Source of the DNA: a virus
Direction: 5' to 3' (one strand)
Length of the DNA stretch: 64,000 nt
IMG/VR virus record: IMGVR_UViG_3300012086_000038
Span: 451-64,450 of that record
A program made the position numbers and the translations under genes. The notes beneath the pieces were generated by a model, which was not told where the DNA came from, made no database searches, and saw nothing but the letters and a program-made list of their open reading frames with translations. Shown here piece after piece: positions 8,276 to 17,464 of the stretch. Numbering within the stretch: position 1 is the stretch's first letter; every line of letters starts with the position of its first letter.

Positions 8276-8665
8276 ATGGACAGTAATTGCATTGGAGTGA
8301 ACATTAAAAGAATCCGGGAAGAAAAGAGATTATCCCAAAGTAAAGTAGGGGAGCTGATTGGAAAAAGTGAGAGTACAATAGGCAACTACGAAAACGGCAT
8401 AATTGACATTCCGTGTTCGGCATTATTGAAGCTGGCAGAAGCACTGGAATGTGAGCCGGAAGTGTTCCTTGGGGCAAAAGTGGATGATTTCAACCCGATT
8501 GCAGAGTTACGGATATATACGCAGGAAGACAGGCAGAATGTAGCTGGTATCTTAGTGAAGAACGGATATACAGTCAGGCAGATTAAAGTGCCGAGGGAAA
8601 AAGGCAAGAGTAATTACCTTTGTCTTCAGGTGAAGATGGAAGATTCAAATTTAGAAAGCCAGTAA
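8276..8665 (+). CDS. XRE HTH protein with C-terminal extension
   Basis: IKRIREEKRLSQSKVGELIGKSESTIGNYENG. Confidence 0.8.
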   Translation: MDSNCIGVNIKRIREEKRLSQSKVGELIGKSESTIGNYENGIIDIPCSALLKLAEALECEPEVFLGAKVDDFNPIAELRIYTQEDRQNVAGILVKNGYTVRQIKVPREKGKSNYLCLQVKMEDSNLESQ

Positions 8666-8677
8666 GGAGTGGTAAAG

Positions 8678-9133
8678 ATGCAGGAAGTGAAATTTGTAGT
8701 TCTGGGTGAGCCACAAGGGAAAGGAAGACCGAGGTTTGTTGCCAGATATAATCCAGCAACCAAGAAATCATTTGGTCAGGCACATACGCCAGAAAAGACT
8801 ATTGTGTATGAAAATCTTGTAAAGTCGGAATATTGCAGACAGTGCGAAGATTATAAGTTTCCGGATGACGCAATGCTGGATATGAGAATTATGGCCTTTT
8901 ATTCTATTGCACAAAGCAAGAGCAAAAAACAGAAAGAAGCCATGCGAAACCATAAAGTGCGGCCAGTCAAGAAGCCCGATGCTGATAACATCATTAAGGT
9001 TATAGCGGACAGTTTAAACCAAGTAGCTTATCGGGATGATGCACAGATTGTAGACACGATGTTCAGGAAGTATTATTCAGACCAGCCACGCATTGAAGTA
9101 ACAATTAAAGTTGCAGGAGGTGAAAAGCAGTGA
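8678..9133 (+). CDS. rusA: RusA-family Holliday junction resolvase
   Basis: GEPQGKGRPRF; KKPDADNIIKVIADSLNQVAYRDDAQIV. Confidence 0.92.
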   Translation: MQEVKFVVLGEPQGKGRPRFVARYNPATKKSFGQAHTPEKTIVYENLVKSEYCRQCEDYKFPDDAMLDMRIMAFYSIAQSKSKKQKEAMRNHKVRPVKKPDADNIIKVIADSLNQVAYRDDAQIVDTMFRKYYSDQPRIEVTIKVAGGEKQ

Positions 9134-9339
9134 GGAAATGCAAAGGGCGGTACACAAAATATGATGAAGAGCTAAGAAAATTCGTTAATGTTCCGTTTGA
9201 AGAAGGATTGTTTCATCAATGGGGTAATGATTACAACGAATATGAAAGCGGTCCGGCAAATTATACGGTAGGCATAGTGGAACTGCCGAATGGAAAAGTG
9301 GTAATGCCGATAGCAGGTTTTATTCAATTCACAAGTTAA
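9130..9339 (+). CDS. Hypothetical phage protein
   Basis: Overlapping start/stop with rusA; GLFHQWG...GIVELPNG. Confidence 0.65.
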   Translation: MRKCKGRYTKYDEELRKFVNVPFEEGLFHQWGNDYNEYESGPANYTVGIVELPNGKVVMPIAGFIQFTS

Positions 9340-9349
9340 GGAGGACAAT

Positions 9350-9997
9350 ATGAGCAGAGAAGAAATGATACAAAGGTATGAAGAATTGCTGGAAGGGGTA
9401 TCCAGAGAGGGAATCGACAGACTAATGGACTTTATAAGGAAAAGTGATTTCTACACAGCACCGGCATCTATCCGGTTCCATGGGGATTACGAGGGAGGCT
9501 TGTTGGAACATAGCTTGAATGTTTATGAGCGGTTAGTGGATAAAGAACATAATCCTATCTGGGATGGAGTATTTCAAAGGATTGATGTTGATAGCTTTGT
9601 TGTTGTGGCTTTGCTGCATGATATCTGCAAGACATATTTCTATGGTAAGGAAATAAAGAACCAGAAAACCTATGATGAAGAAAAGGTAAGGAATGCAGAA
9701 AGATGGCAGGTGAAGCATGATAACAATGGTGATTTTATCTGGGAAACGGTTCCGGTGTATGTGGTAGACGATAAGATTCCTTATGGTCATGGCGAAAAAT
9801 CAGTGATGATGATTGAGGAATACATTAGGTTGAAACCAGTTGAGAGGTATGCGATTCGTTGGCACATGGGACCGTATAGCGGACAGCAGGACTGGAACAC
9901 CTTTTCGGCAGCTATCACAAAATATCCGTTAACGCTGGCATTATTTGAAGCAGACATGGAAGCAACATATATCATTGAAAACAAGGAGGAGAAGTAA
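9350..9997 (+). CDS. HD-domain phosphohydrolase
   Basis: GGLLEHSLNV...ALLHDICK...GHGEKS...AIRWHMG...AD. Confidence 0.9.
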   Translation: MSREEMIQRYEELLEGVSREGIDRLMDFIRKSDFYTAPASIRFHGDYEGGLLEHSLNVYERLVDKEHNPIWDGVFQRIDVDSFVVVALLHDICKTYFYGKEIKNQKTYDEEKVRNAERWQVKHDNNGDFIWETVPVYVVDDKIPYGHGEKSVMMIEEYIRLKPVERYAIRWHMGPYSGQQDWNTFSAAITKYPLTLALFEADMEATYIIENKEEK

Positions 9998-9998
9998 A

Positions 9999-10280
9999 AT
10001 GGCAAAAACAGAGGTATTTACATGCGACATCTGTAAACAAAGCAAAAGCGCAGGAGATTTGGCAAAGATAACCATTAAATCAGATGGTATTAGAATGAAA
10101 GATGTAGGTTATGGCGGCTTACAGATTGATATTTGCCCCGTTTGTCTCAAAAGAAAGGGATTTGTTGTAGAGCATAAAAATGATGAAGAATTAAAGGAAG
10201 CACAGAAACAGAATAAAGCAACCCTTGAAGACAAGATTTATGAGATTCTTGAAGATATGGGCGTAGCTTTTTGCGAATAA
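9999..10280 (+). CDS. Hypothetical Zn-ribbon protein
   Basis: CDIC...ICPVC; ATG 9999 behind AGGAGGAG. Confidence 0.65.
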   Translation: MAKTEVFTCDICKQSKSAGDLAKITIKSDGIRMKDVGYGGLQIDICPVCLKRKGFVVEHKNDEELKEAQKQNKATLEDKIYEILEDMGVAFCE

Positions 10281-10298
10281 ACCAGGAGGAAAAGCAAG

Positions 10299-10847
10299 AT
10301 GGAAGATTTCAGAGAGCTGAAAGTGGAAGCGGATACCTTTGATAAGATGAGGGCAGATACCAACTTTATCTTACAGAGGGCTTTGGGAATGATGAAGGAA
10401 AAGGACAGCATGGAAGGAAAAGTAACCATAAACCTTGATATTAAGCTGGTGCCAGAGTTTATTCCAAACTTCGATGAAGAAATTGAAGGAGAAACCAGAA
10501 GGATATTGAAACCACAATTTGCCCATAAAGTTACCTCTGCTATCAATATCAAGAATGAGAAAAAAGGCAACTTTGACAGCGAAATGGAAATGGTGTGGGA
10601 TGAAGATGAACAGGCTTATGTCTTGAAATATATCAATAATACAGCACAACGCTCCATATTTGATGATGATATCCGGGAACAGTGGAATCAGGATGGCAAT
10701 AATGCAAATGTAATCGAAACAAGCGAAGAAGGTGATTTCATGAATGTTCCGCTTATTGAAGGAGAAGTTGCTGATGAAACTGCATTGCCTGGACCAGTAG
10801 TTGATTATCCAGAAGATGATGGATATGGATACGAGGATGTAGTATAA
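10299..10847 (+). CDS. Hypothetical acidic phage protein
   Basis: ORF with RBS in operon. Confidence 0.65.
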   Translation: MEDFRELKVEADTFDKMRADTNFILQRALGMMKEKDSMEGKVTINLDIKLVPEFIPNFDEEIEGETRRILKPQFAHKVTSAINIKNEKKGNFDSEMEMVWDEDEQAYVLKYINNTAQRSIFDDDIREQWNQDGNNANVIETSEEGDFMNVPLIEGEVADETALPGPVVDYPEDDGYGYEDVV

Positions 10848-11037
10848 GAATCTCTTGGGCGGTCTGAGACAGAAATCAATGCCGCCCAGAAAAAAAGGTA
10901 GCATAAAACAGGCATACAGAGGTTTTAAAAGCCTTATGAAATAAATTCATCGGTGGGAAGTATAAAACGGAACCAGAGGATAACACAAAGCTACATAAGG
11001 CATTGGAATATAAGCAGAAAATCAAAGGAGAGTTAGC

Positions 11038-11340
11038 ATGAAAAATAGGATGCAAAGTTTTGTGGACAGAGGAAATATCCTGTTAAGCAAGGGAAAGACG
11101 GAAGATGCTATGAAGTTAATTGCCAACGGTCTTCAGTATTACACTAATAGAATCATAAAAGGTGTATCACCATATTCAAAAGCAGATGCAGGGTTACTGG
11201 TTATTGTTCTTCGACATTTAGCAGATCAGATTGAGAAAAAGAATGAGGGTGCAAAAGAATTTGCAGATGGAATGTCAAAATGCTTAGTATTTCCTGAGTT
11301 GGAAGAGGTGGAACGGATAGAAAAAGCGAACAGACATTGA
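11038..11340 (+). CDS. Hypothetical protein
   Basis: AAAGGAG RBS. Confidence 0.65.
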   Translation: MKNRMQSFVDRGNILLSKGKTEDAMKLIANGLQYYTNRIIKGVSPYSKADAGLLVIVLRHLADQIEKKNEGAKEFADGMSKCLVFPELEEVERIEKANRH

Positions 11341-11351
11341 GGTGGGAATGA

Positions 11352-11981
11352 ATGTATGAATATGCAGATATAACAGCATATAAACCAGACAGAAACGGTA
11401 CTCATTTGCAGATTTTCATTCCAGAAAGAAACTTAGAAGAATCTATTCTGAAGAAGAGAATTAAGGATTGTATGGTTTGGCTGGATGATGGCAGACATAT
11501 AAGTGCAGAACAGAGGAAGAAGACATATGCAACCATCAATGACATAGCCGATTTTACCGGATATCTCCCGGAAGAAATGAAAGAGCGGCTGAAATACGAA
11601 CATATCTTACGGACTGGATGTAAATATTTTTCGCTGTCAGACTGCACGATGGATACAGCCAGAGCTTTCATCAATACTATATTGGACTTGGCATTAGAAA
11701 TGGGGATACCGTTACTGGATTTTGGCAGCAACAGGACAGATGATATTGGACATTACCTATATGCTTGTTTGAAGAATGGTAAATGTGCTGTTTGTGGAAG
11801 GTGGGGTGAAACACATCATGTGGATGCTATTGGAATGGGAAACGACCGCAGGGAAGTGGATGATTCAGACAGCAGGAAGATTTGCCTTTGCAGAATACAT
11901 CATACAGAAGCACACACCATAGGAATGGAGCGATTTGAGGAACGGTACAAGGTTTATGGAATCAAGTATACAATAAATTAA
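11352..11981 (+). CDS. Putative HNH-type nuclease
   Basis: ISAEQRKK.YA; CAVCG..GETHHVDAIGMG...CLCRIHHTEAH. Confidence 0.8.
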   Translation: MYEYADITAYKPDRNGTHLQIFIPERNLEESILKKRIKDCMVWLDDGRHISAEQRKKTYATINDIADFTGYLPEEMKERLKYEHILRTGCKYFSLSDCTMDTARAFINTILDLALEMGIPLLDFGSNRTDDIGHYLYACLKNGKCAVCGRWGETHHVDAIGMGNDRREVDDSDSRKICLCRIHHTEAHTIGMERFEERYKVYGIKYTIN

Positions 11982-12006
11982 AATGTATCACTTAAGGAGG
12001 TATGAA

Positions 12007-12291
12007 ATGAGAGACATCGCTAAAGAAGCCATAAAAGAATTTTGGGACTTTGTAACAGATAATGGGTTGACAGTTGTTGATAGTAAAGATGACTTTTGCG
12101 TATATCTGGAACCGGGAGACTTAGAATATTTTGCAGATTTGTATGTGCAAGATTTTGAACAGCGTAAAAAGGCAATAATCTGTCCTAACGGTGACATTTA
12201 CGTGATGGTTATAGATGGGATTCTTAACGGATACGGTATTTCTGTGGAGCAAGTAAAAGAACTGATGCCGAAAAGTTTTAAATTTGGATGA
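12007..12291 (+). CDS. Hypothetical protein
   Basis: AAGGAGG RBS. Confidence 0.6.
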   Translation: MRDIAKEAIKEFWDFVTDNGLTVVDSKDDFCVYLEPGDLEYFADLYVQDFEQRKKAIICPNGDIYVMVIDGILNGYGISVEQVKELMPKSFKFG

Positions 12292-12335
12292 ACTAAACTA
12301 TAATTTACCGGCCAGACCGGAGAAAGGAATAAAGT

Positions 12336-12644
12336 ATGGATAGCAGGATAATTAAAATCGCTGAGACATATGGATATGAACCACAAGCATTAATGCTGAT
12401 TGAAGAAATGTCAGAGCTGACCAAGGCGATATGCAAAATGAACAGAGTGGAGAACCGGGCAAAACGAGGTCCGGTGAAAGCATCTGAATGTGAGGAAGTT
12501 TTTGAAAACCTCATTGATGAAATAGCAGATGTACAAATTATGCTTTTACAGATGCAACATATCATGAAATTGCCAGATGAAAGTCTGAAGGAGCGAATGA
12601 ACAAAAAACTTGACAGGCAGATAAACCGCATAAATAGAATATAG
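12336..12644 (+). CDS. MazG-like NTP pyrophosphohydrolase
   Basis: LIEEMSELTKAICK...LIDEIADVQIML. Confidence 0.8.
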   Translation: MDSRIIKIAETYGYEPQALMLIEEMSELTKAICKMNRVENRAKRGPVKASECEEVFENLIDEIADVQIMLLQMQHIMKLPDESLKERMNKKLDRQINRINRI

Positions 12645-12662
12645 CAGTTTTGCCAGCAGGAG

Positions 12663-12917
12663 GTGAAAAGATTGAGTAACACATATAACCAATTTGGAAC
12701 TTGCAGGATATGCCGTGCAAGAATCATGTGGGTGAAAACTAAGGCAGGAAAGAATATGCCAGTAAATCCAGAGTTTGTAGATTACAAAGCGGTATCAGGA
12801 GGAAAAGAAAGGATTGTTACCCCGGACGGAGAGGTTGTAGTAGGGGAAAAAACGAATCCAGAAGATGCAGACGGACACGGATACATTTCTCACTTTGCAA
12901 CCTGTACAGGAAGATAA
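12663..12917 (+). CDS. Hypothetical phage protein
   Basis: CRICRARIMWVKTKAGKNMPV...SHFATC. Confidence 0.65.
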   Translation: MKRLSNTYNQFGTCRICRARIMWVKTKAGKNMPVNPEFVDYKAVSGGKERIVTPDGEVVVGEKTNPEDADGHGYISHFATCTGR

Positions 12918-13018
12918 AAGAAAAGCTACCCGTTTCCACAGGCAGCCCTCCAATATTCTCCGTAAGCATATTGTAGCAGATATGCTTGAATATGTAAATA
13001 TCAAAAGGAGGATTGCTG

Positions 13019-13603
13019 ATGGGAAAGCAAAAGCAGGTTATATCAAAGGAATTGTTGGAAATGATTACGGAAAAAGCAGCTACAGTGGCTACAAAGAAAG
13101 CGGTAGAAGTAGCAATCAATACTTATAACCAGCAGAAAGCAATAGAGGAAAAGGAGAAGTTCGACAGGAGATTGAGTAACACAAGACTGTTATTGGAACA
13201 TTACAGGGATTTCTCCGATTACGGCGATAAAGCTATTTACCGTATCTATGAAAAGCTGGATGAAGATGTAACGGATATCGTTGAAATGATGGAAGGGAGA
13301 AGATACGATAAGGATACAAGGATAGAGAGTATAGAAAAGGGAGTAATGAGAACCAAGATAATTATGAACCATGTTAATACCATGTTGAAAGTCTACAAGC
13401 AAGGTTGTGATAAATCACCAAATCCGGAGGATAGAAGAAGATATAGGGTGATTGAAGGGCTGTATCTCAAAAAAGTGCCCGAATCGGTACAGGAAATTGC
13501 AGAAAAGGAACAGATTGCAGAGCGTACCGTATACAAAGACGTTACAACAGCTTGCAAGCGTCTTACCGCTCTTATCTTTGGGATTGATGGGTTTCAACGC
13601 TAA
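13019..13603 (+). CDS. Sigma-region-4-like late transcription regulator (ArpU/RinA position)
   Basis: C-terminal QEIAEKEQIAERTVYKDVTTACKRL HTH; last gene of early/middle operon. Confidence 0.7.
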   Translation: MGKQKQVISKELLEMITEKAATVATKKAVEVAINTYNQQKAIEEKEKFDRRLSNTRLLLEHYRDFSDYGDKAIYRIYEKLDEDVTDIVEMMEGRRYDKDTRIESIEKGVMRTKIIMNHVNTMLKVYKQGCDKSPNPEDRRRYRVIEGLYLKKVPESVQEIAEKEQIAERTVYKDVTTACKRLTALIFGIDGFQR

Positions 13604-13642
13604 AATTCAACCATGGGGCAGTCGCAGGGCAAAAAGAGGGCA

Positions 13643-13672
13643 TTGACAGGGCGACTTACCGTATGGTAATAT
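13643..13672 (+). promoter_or_regulatory. Promoter-like TTGACA with operator TTACC-GTAT-GGTAA (13656-13669)
   Basis: Perfect palindrome match; -10 weak (TAATAT). Confidence 0.6.
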
Positions 13673-13733
13673 GTAGCCTATGAACGTCTGATATGTCATA
13701 CCATAAAAAAGAGCGCATATGCTCAATTTCCGT

Positions 13734-13789
13734 TTGACACCAGAGGTGGGTTTGCTAGAATGATGATATAGCAAATTACCAAACGGAAA
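13734..13789 (+). promoter_or_regulatory. Promoter TTGACA-CCAGAGGTGGG..-TAGAAT with downstream imperfect operator TTACC-AAAC-GGAAA (13776-13789)
   Basis: 16-bp spacer; spacer sequence shared with 14692 and 50148. Confidence 0.7.
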
Positions 13790-13791
13790 GG

Positions 13792-14064
13792 GTGGTGTTG
13801 GTGGTCAGAAAAAGCGATATAGTAAGAAGCCTAGTAAAAGAGCAGCAATACAAGAATGCATTGCAGATTGCTAAAGACTTCAGGCTTGGTATAACGCCGG
13901 AACAATCTTCAAAGATGAAGAAAGCGTATGAGTGCATGGTTCATGAAAGGTTCTACCTCTCCCTGGGTGAAAACATACAGGCAAGGATAGATGAAGGCAT
14001 CGAAACGATAGTCAGCATCTACGGAAGGGAGAAAGAAGAGCATGGCAAAGTTGTACACAAGTAG
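13792..14064 (+). CDS. Hypothetical protein
   Basis: GTG start behind GAAAGG; overlaps next gene. Confidence 0.65.
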   Translation: MVLVVRKSDIVRSLVKEQQYKNALQIAKDFRLGITPEQSSKMKKAYECMVHERFYLSLGENIQARIDEGIETIVSIYGREKEEHGKVVHK

Positions 14065-14551
14065 GTTTAGCAACAAGGAATTGGAGTCAGAAAAGTATAC
14101 CGTTGTCGGAGTGGTAAGAAGTATGCCGAGGTTTCCGGTAAAGTATATGATATCCGGTAACATAACGCAGATTGCACCTCCGGGCTATCTTTGGAATGAG
14201 AATGACAGGGATAGATTCAAAGCTCCATATTACAGACATTTAGAAAAAGCAGGTTATCCACTCATAGGGGCAATCATCAGAACCTATTTGGAAAATGGGA
14301 AAGATGTAGTGCTTTGTTGCTATGAGGACGTAAGGAAACCTAATGAATGGTGTCATAGATTGGTATTTGCTGAATGGTGGTATGAAAAAACTGGACAGAA
14401 GATTGATGAATTGCCAGACCCATCAGAAATTAAGGGAGTTAAGAAAACAGCAGATACAAAGCGTGAGGAATTAAAAACGGAACCAGAATACGAACAGTTG
14501 TCCTTTATGAATGACTTATATCGTTCCATGTATCCTCACTATACAACATAA
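14042..14551 (+). CDS. DUF488-like protein
   Basis: KLYTSRF...IAPP...VVLCCYED....WCHRLVFAEWW. Confidence 0.7.
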   Translation: MAKLYTSRFSNKELESEKYTVVGVVRSMPRFPVKYMISGNITQIAPPGYLWNENDRDRFKAPYYRHLEKAGYPLIGAIIRTYLENGKDVVLCCYEDVRKPNEWCHRLVFAEWWYEKTGQKIDELPDPSEIKGVKKTADTKREELKTEPEYEQLSFMNDLYRSMYPHYTT

Positions 14552-14627
14552 CCGCCAATGGCTCAGTGGTAGAGCAACAGACTCTTAATCTGTAGGTCGC
14601 AGTGTTCGACTCCTGCTTGGCGGACCA
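14552..14627 (+). tRNA. tRNA-Lys (CTT) with encoded CCA; one extra bulged T in the T-stem
   Basis: Acceptor CCGCCAA/TTGGCGG; D-arm GCTC-AGTGGTA-GAGC; anticodon arm ACAGA-CTCTTAA-TCTGT; T-arm GCAG(T)G-TTCGACT-CCTGC; ACCA end. Confidence 0.9.
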
Positions 14628-14635
14628 AAAACAAG

Positions 14636-14670
14636 GCTCAGTATCTTCGGATGCTGAGCTATAATTTATT
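14636..14670 (+). terminator. Hairpin GCTCAGTATC-TTCG-GATGCTGAGC after the tRNA
   Basis: 10-bp stem with UUCG tetraloop followed by AT-rich tract. Confidence 0.65.
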
Positions 14671-14691
14671 ATAAAAATAATAAAAAAAGGT

Positions 14692-14719
14692 TTGACACCA
14701 GAGGTGGGTAATTTAAGAT
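14692..14719 (+). promoter_or_regulatory. Promoter TTGACA-CCAGAGGTGGGTAATT-TAAGAT
   Basis: Shared spacer motif; A-tract upstream (UP element-like). Confidence 0.7.
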
Positions 14720-14766
14720 GATGACAAGATAAATAAAACAAATTCACCAGATGGAGGTAACAGGAA

Positions 14767-15000
14767 ATGGCTCACTTAGAAAAAGCTGAAGATAAAATAT
14801 TTAATAGAATTTTTGTTGGAACAAAGGAAGTTATGAATAAGGACTATCGTATGATTGAAAGGAAAGTAACATGTATCCTTGATAAAAATTGTGTAAGATA
14901 TGTGGTTGTTGAAAATGGAAAGCAGATTTCCAGAAGAGAATTTGCGAATGGCAAAGAAGAGCTTTGCTTCAAAAATGCTACGAAAGCATTAAATAAATAA
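14767..15000 (+). CDS. Hypothetical protein (monocistronic)
   Basis: GGAGGT RBS, own promoter and terminator. Confidence 0.65.
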   Translation: MAHLEKAEDKIFNRIFVGTKEVMNKDYRMIERKVTCILDKNCVRYVVVENGKQISRREFANGKEELCFKNATKALNK

Positions 15001-15020
15001 GCAGATTGTATTAACAAATT

Positions 15021-15055
15021 GCCTTGCTCAAACCAAATATGGGCGGGGCTTTTTT
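15021..15055 (+). terminator. Rho-independent terminator
   Basis: GCCTTGCTCA...TGGGCGGGGC followed by T6. Confidence 0.7.
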
Positions 15056-15140
15056 AATGCTTGGGAAGTTTTACAGCCAAATTCAGAGGCTTTACCGTTA
15101 CAGGCAATAAATAACAAAGCAAAGAAAGAAGGTGATGAAT

Positions 15141-16580
15141 ATGCCGCAATTCCAGAATCCAGGAGCGTTCTTTCTGGGAACCTTAGTACCATCAGAACAA
15201 CGATTCTTGAAAGTATTGTTAGAGAACGCCAGAAAGAACGGATATACGAAGCTGGTAGAGCCGTGTGCCGGAGCGTTTGCAATGTCGCACTTAGCTGTAC
15301 AGTCAGGCTTTAAGCCTGAACAGATTGAAGCTTCAGATGTGTCTATGTTTACGTCCATTATGGGTTATGCCATTACTGGAAAATCTTTAGAGGAACTTGA
15401 AATACAGGCAAAAGGGTTTTCGCACGAAGAATTGCTTAATCCGGCTATAGCATTGTACGCATGGAAATATTTAAGCATGGTAAAGAATGCTGGAAAAGAA
15501 TATTTCTATAATTTCATGATTGACTTAGAAGACAGAAGGGAAGAGCATATTAAGGCAATCGAAGAGCAGTTGCAAAGAGCCAAAGAATTGCTTGGAGGAA
15601 TGAGTTACCGTGCATTGGATATGTGGGAACACATGGATGAAATCATAGATGATGAACAATGCATTGTGATAGCAAACCCTCCGACGTATACTACAGGATT
15701 TGAAAAGTATTACGATACCGGAGGGAGGATGACCTGGAAGGAGCCGGAGTACCAGATTTTTGACCCGAATACCGGATTGAAGCAATATATGGATATGTGC
15801 AAAGATGCAAAATGCCTTGTGCTTTGCTACGAAGAAAATGAGCCGGGGAAGACGGCTGGTACTCCGGTATTTGCCAGATATGGCGTTCGCAATGGAGTCA
15901 ATGTATATCTGACATCAAACAGACCGGAAGAAGCTGCTGATTTAGCGAATGGCCGGAAGATTGCAAGACCGGGAGAAAGCAAGCTGGAACAATTGGATTG
16001 CTCCATGCTTCCGAGGGATTATGTGATTACGGAGAAAAGCAAGGTACAGTTATGTCAGATTGAAAGGGCTGAAGCGCAGTATTACCGTCAATTGTGGACT
16101 CATAACTTTGTTGGTTCATCAGCACCTATCAACATAGCGGTTTTGATAGATGGGAAGATAGCTGGTGTGTTCGGTGTAGATAAATCGGCATTAACCATGG
16201 GAGCGTTCGGTACACAGGTATCAGATGCTATTTTCTTGATGTATGGCATGACGGTTCCGCATCCGAATTACCGTCTGAACCGTCTGCTGACAATGCTGGC
16301 TCAGAACAAAGAATTTGTATTCAAGATATGCACTGACTTGGAAAAAGAAAAGGTCGGGCATCTGAAAACAGTTCAGATGACAAAGTATCCGGAGGCAAAA
16401 GAAATGCGTGGGATTATGAAACTCACGAAACGGATTCCAGATAAAAAGATGGGCTTCCGTCTGACTTATGAATCAGAACTGAAAGATCGCACAGAAAAGC
16501 AGACATTGGATGAATGGTTAAGGAGGGAAGAAAAGTGGAAGAAGGAAAGAGCGAAAGCAAAATCCGTTACGAACAAATAG
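15141..16580 (+). CDS. Fusion: Dam-like amino-methyltransferase domain plus C-terminal GNAT/Mom-like domain
   Basis: SAM-binding LVEPCAGAFAMS...EASD; catalytic-like IVIANPPTY; C-terminal AQYYRQLWTH...AVLIDGKIAGVFGV...RLNRLL reminiscent of Mom-like GNATs. Confidence 0.6.
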   Translation: MPQFQNPGAFFLGTLVPSEQRFLKVLLENARKNGYTKLVEPCAGAFAMSHLAVQSGFKPEQIEASDVSMFTSIMGYAITGKSLEELEIQAKGFSHEELLNPAIALYAWKYLSMVKNAGKEYFYNFMIDLEDRREEHIKAIEEQLQRAKELLGGMSYRALDMWEHMDEIIDDEQCIVIANPPTYTTGFEKYYDTGGRMTWKEPEYQIFDPNTGLKQYMDMCKDAKCLVLCYEENEPGKTAGTPVFARYGVRNGVNVYLTSNRPEEAADLANGRKIARPGESKLEQLDCSMLPRDYVITEKSKVQLCQIERAEAQYYRQLWTHNFVGSSAPINIAVLIDGKIAGVFGVDKSALTMGAFGTQVSDAIFLMYGMTVPHPNYRLNRLLTMLAQNKEFVFKICTDLEKEKVGHLKTVQMTKYPEAKEMRGIMKLTKRIPDKKMGFRLTYESELKDRTEKQTLDEWLRREEKWKKERAKAKSVTNK

Positions 16581-17455
16581 CGGATATGGGTTCCGGTCTG
16601 ATTATTGCAAAAGTTCCTGTTGAGTGCATCCGGGAACAGGATATAAATGCCAGAATCATGAAGAATGAAATGCAAAGGCAGCTCACTGACAATATCAAGA
16701 AAAGAGGTCAGTTAGAATCCCTGCCTTTATGTGCATTGACCGAAAACGGAAACAGAATCGAAATCATATCAGGGCATCACAGGATACGTTCCGGAAAAGA
16801 TGCAGGAATGAAAGAGTTCTTTGTTGTACTGGATATAAGCGGACTGAACCGTTCTAAACTTGTAGCAAAGCAGATAGCCCACAATGCCATATCCGGATTT
16901 GATGACCAATCCACATTGAAAGAATTAGCAAAGATGATTGAGGATGTGGATGATATGATTGAAAGCTATGCCGGTAAAGATATTCTGGCAGAACCAGAAG
17001 CGGAATTGGAAAAGTATTTATCTCCAACTGTAGAGTTTGACTGGAAGAATATCACGTTTACCTTCCTGCCTCATCAGATAAAGGATACGGCAAAACTCAT
17101 AGATGCTCTGGAAAATACGAAGCCGGATTTTCTGGGAGTAGCCGACATTGAACAGCATAAGCCATTGTTGGAAACGCTGTCAAAATACCAGCAGTTCTCC
17201 AACGTGAAGAATACAGGAGCCGCAATCCATGCAATGATAAAATGTACAGAGCAGATGTTTGAGGATATTGGATATTCGGGAGATGGAGAGTGGGAGCAGC
17301 TAACAAGTATCTTTGGCAGTAGCGCAGTACCGGCAGAAGCCGCAGAAGTTATCAAGGAGGCCGTAAAGAAAATGGTTGATGACGGTGTAGTAGGGCAGAA
17401 AAATAAGTGGCAAGCCATTGAATACCTAGCGGCAGATTATCTGGCTGGAAAGTAG
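16535..17455 (+). CDS. ParB/sulfiredoxin-like domain protein
   Basis: QLTDNIKKRGQLESLP...EIISGHHRIRS...QIAHNAISG; overlaps upstream gene. Confidence 0.85.
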   Translation: MEEGKSESKIRYEQIADMGSGLIIAKVPVECIREQDINARIMKNEMQRQLTDNIKKRGQLESLPLCALTENGNRIEIISGHHRIRSGKDAGMKEFFVVLDISGLNRSKLVAKQIAHNAISGFDDQSTLKELAKMIEDVDDMIESYAGKDILAEPEAELEKYLSPTVEFDWKNITFTFLPHQIKDTAKLIDALENTKPDFLGVADIEQHKPLLETLSKYQQFSNVKNTGAAIHAMIKCTEQMFEDIGYSGDGEWEQLTSIFGSSAVPAEAAEVIKEAVKKMVDDGVVGQKNKWQAIEYLAADYLAGK

Positions 17456-17464
17456 GTGTAAAGC

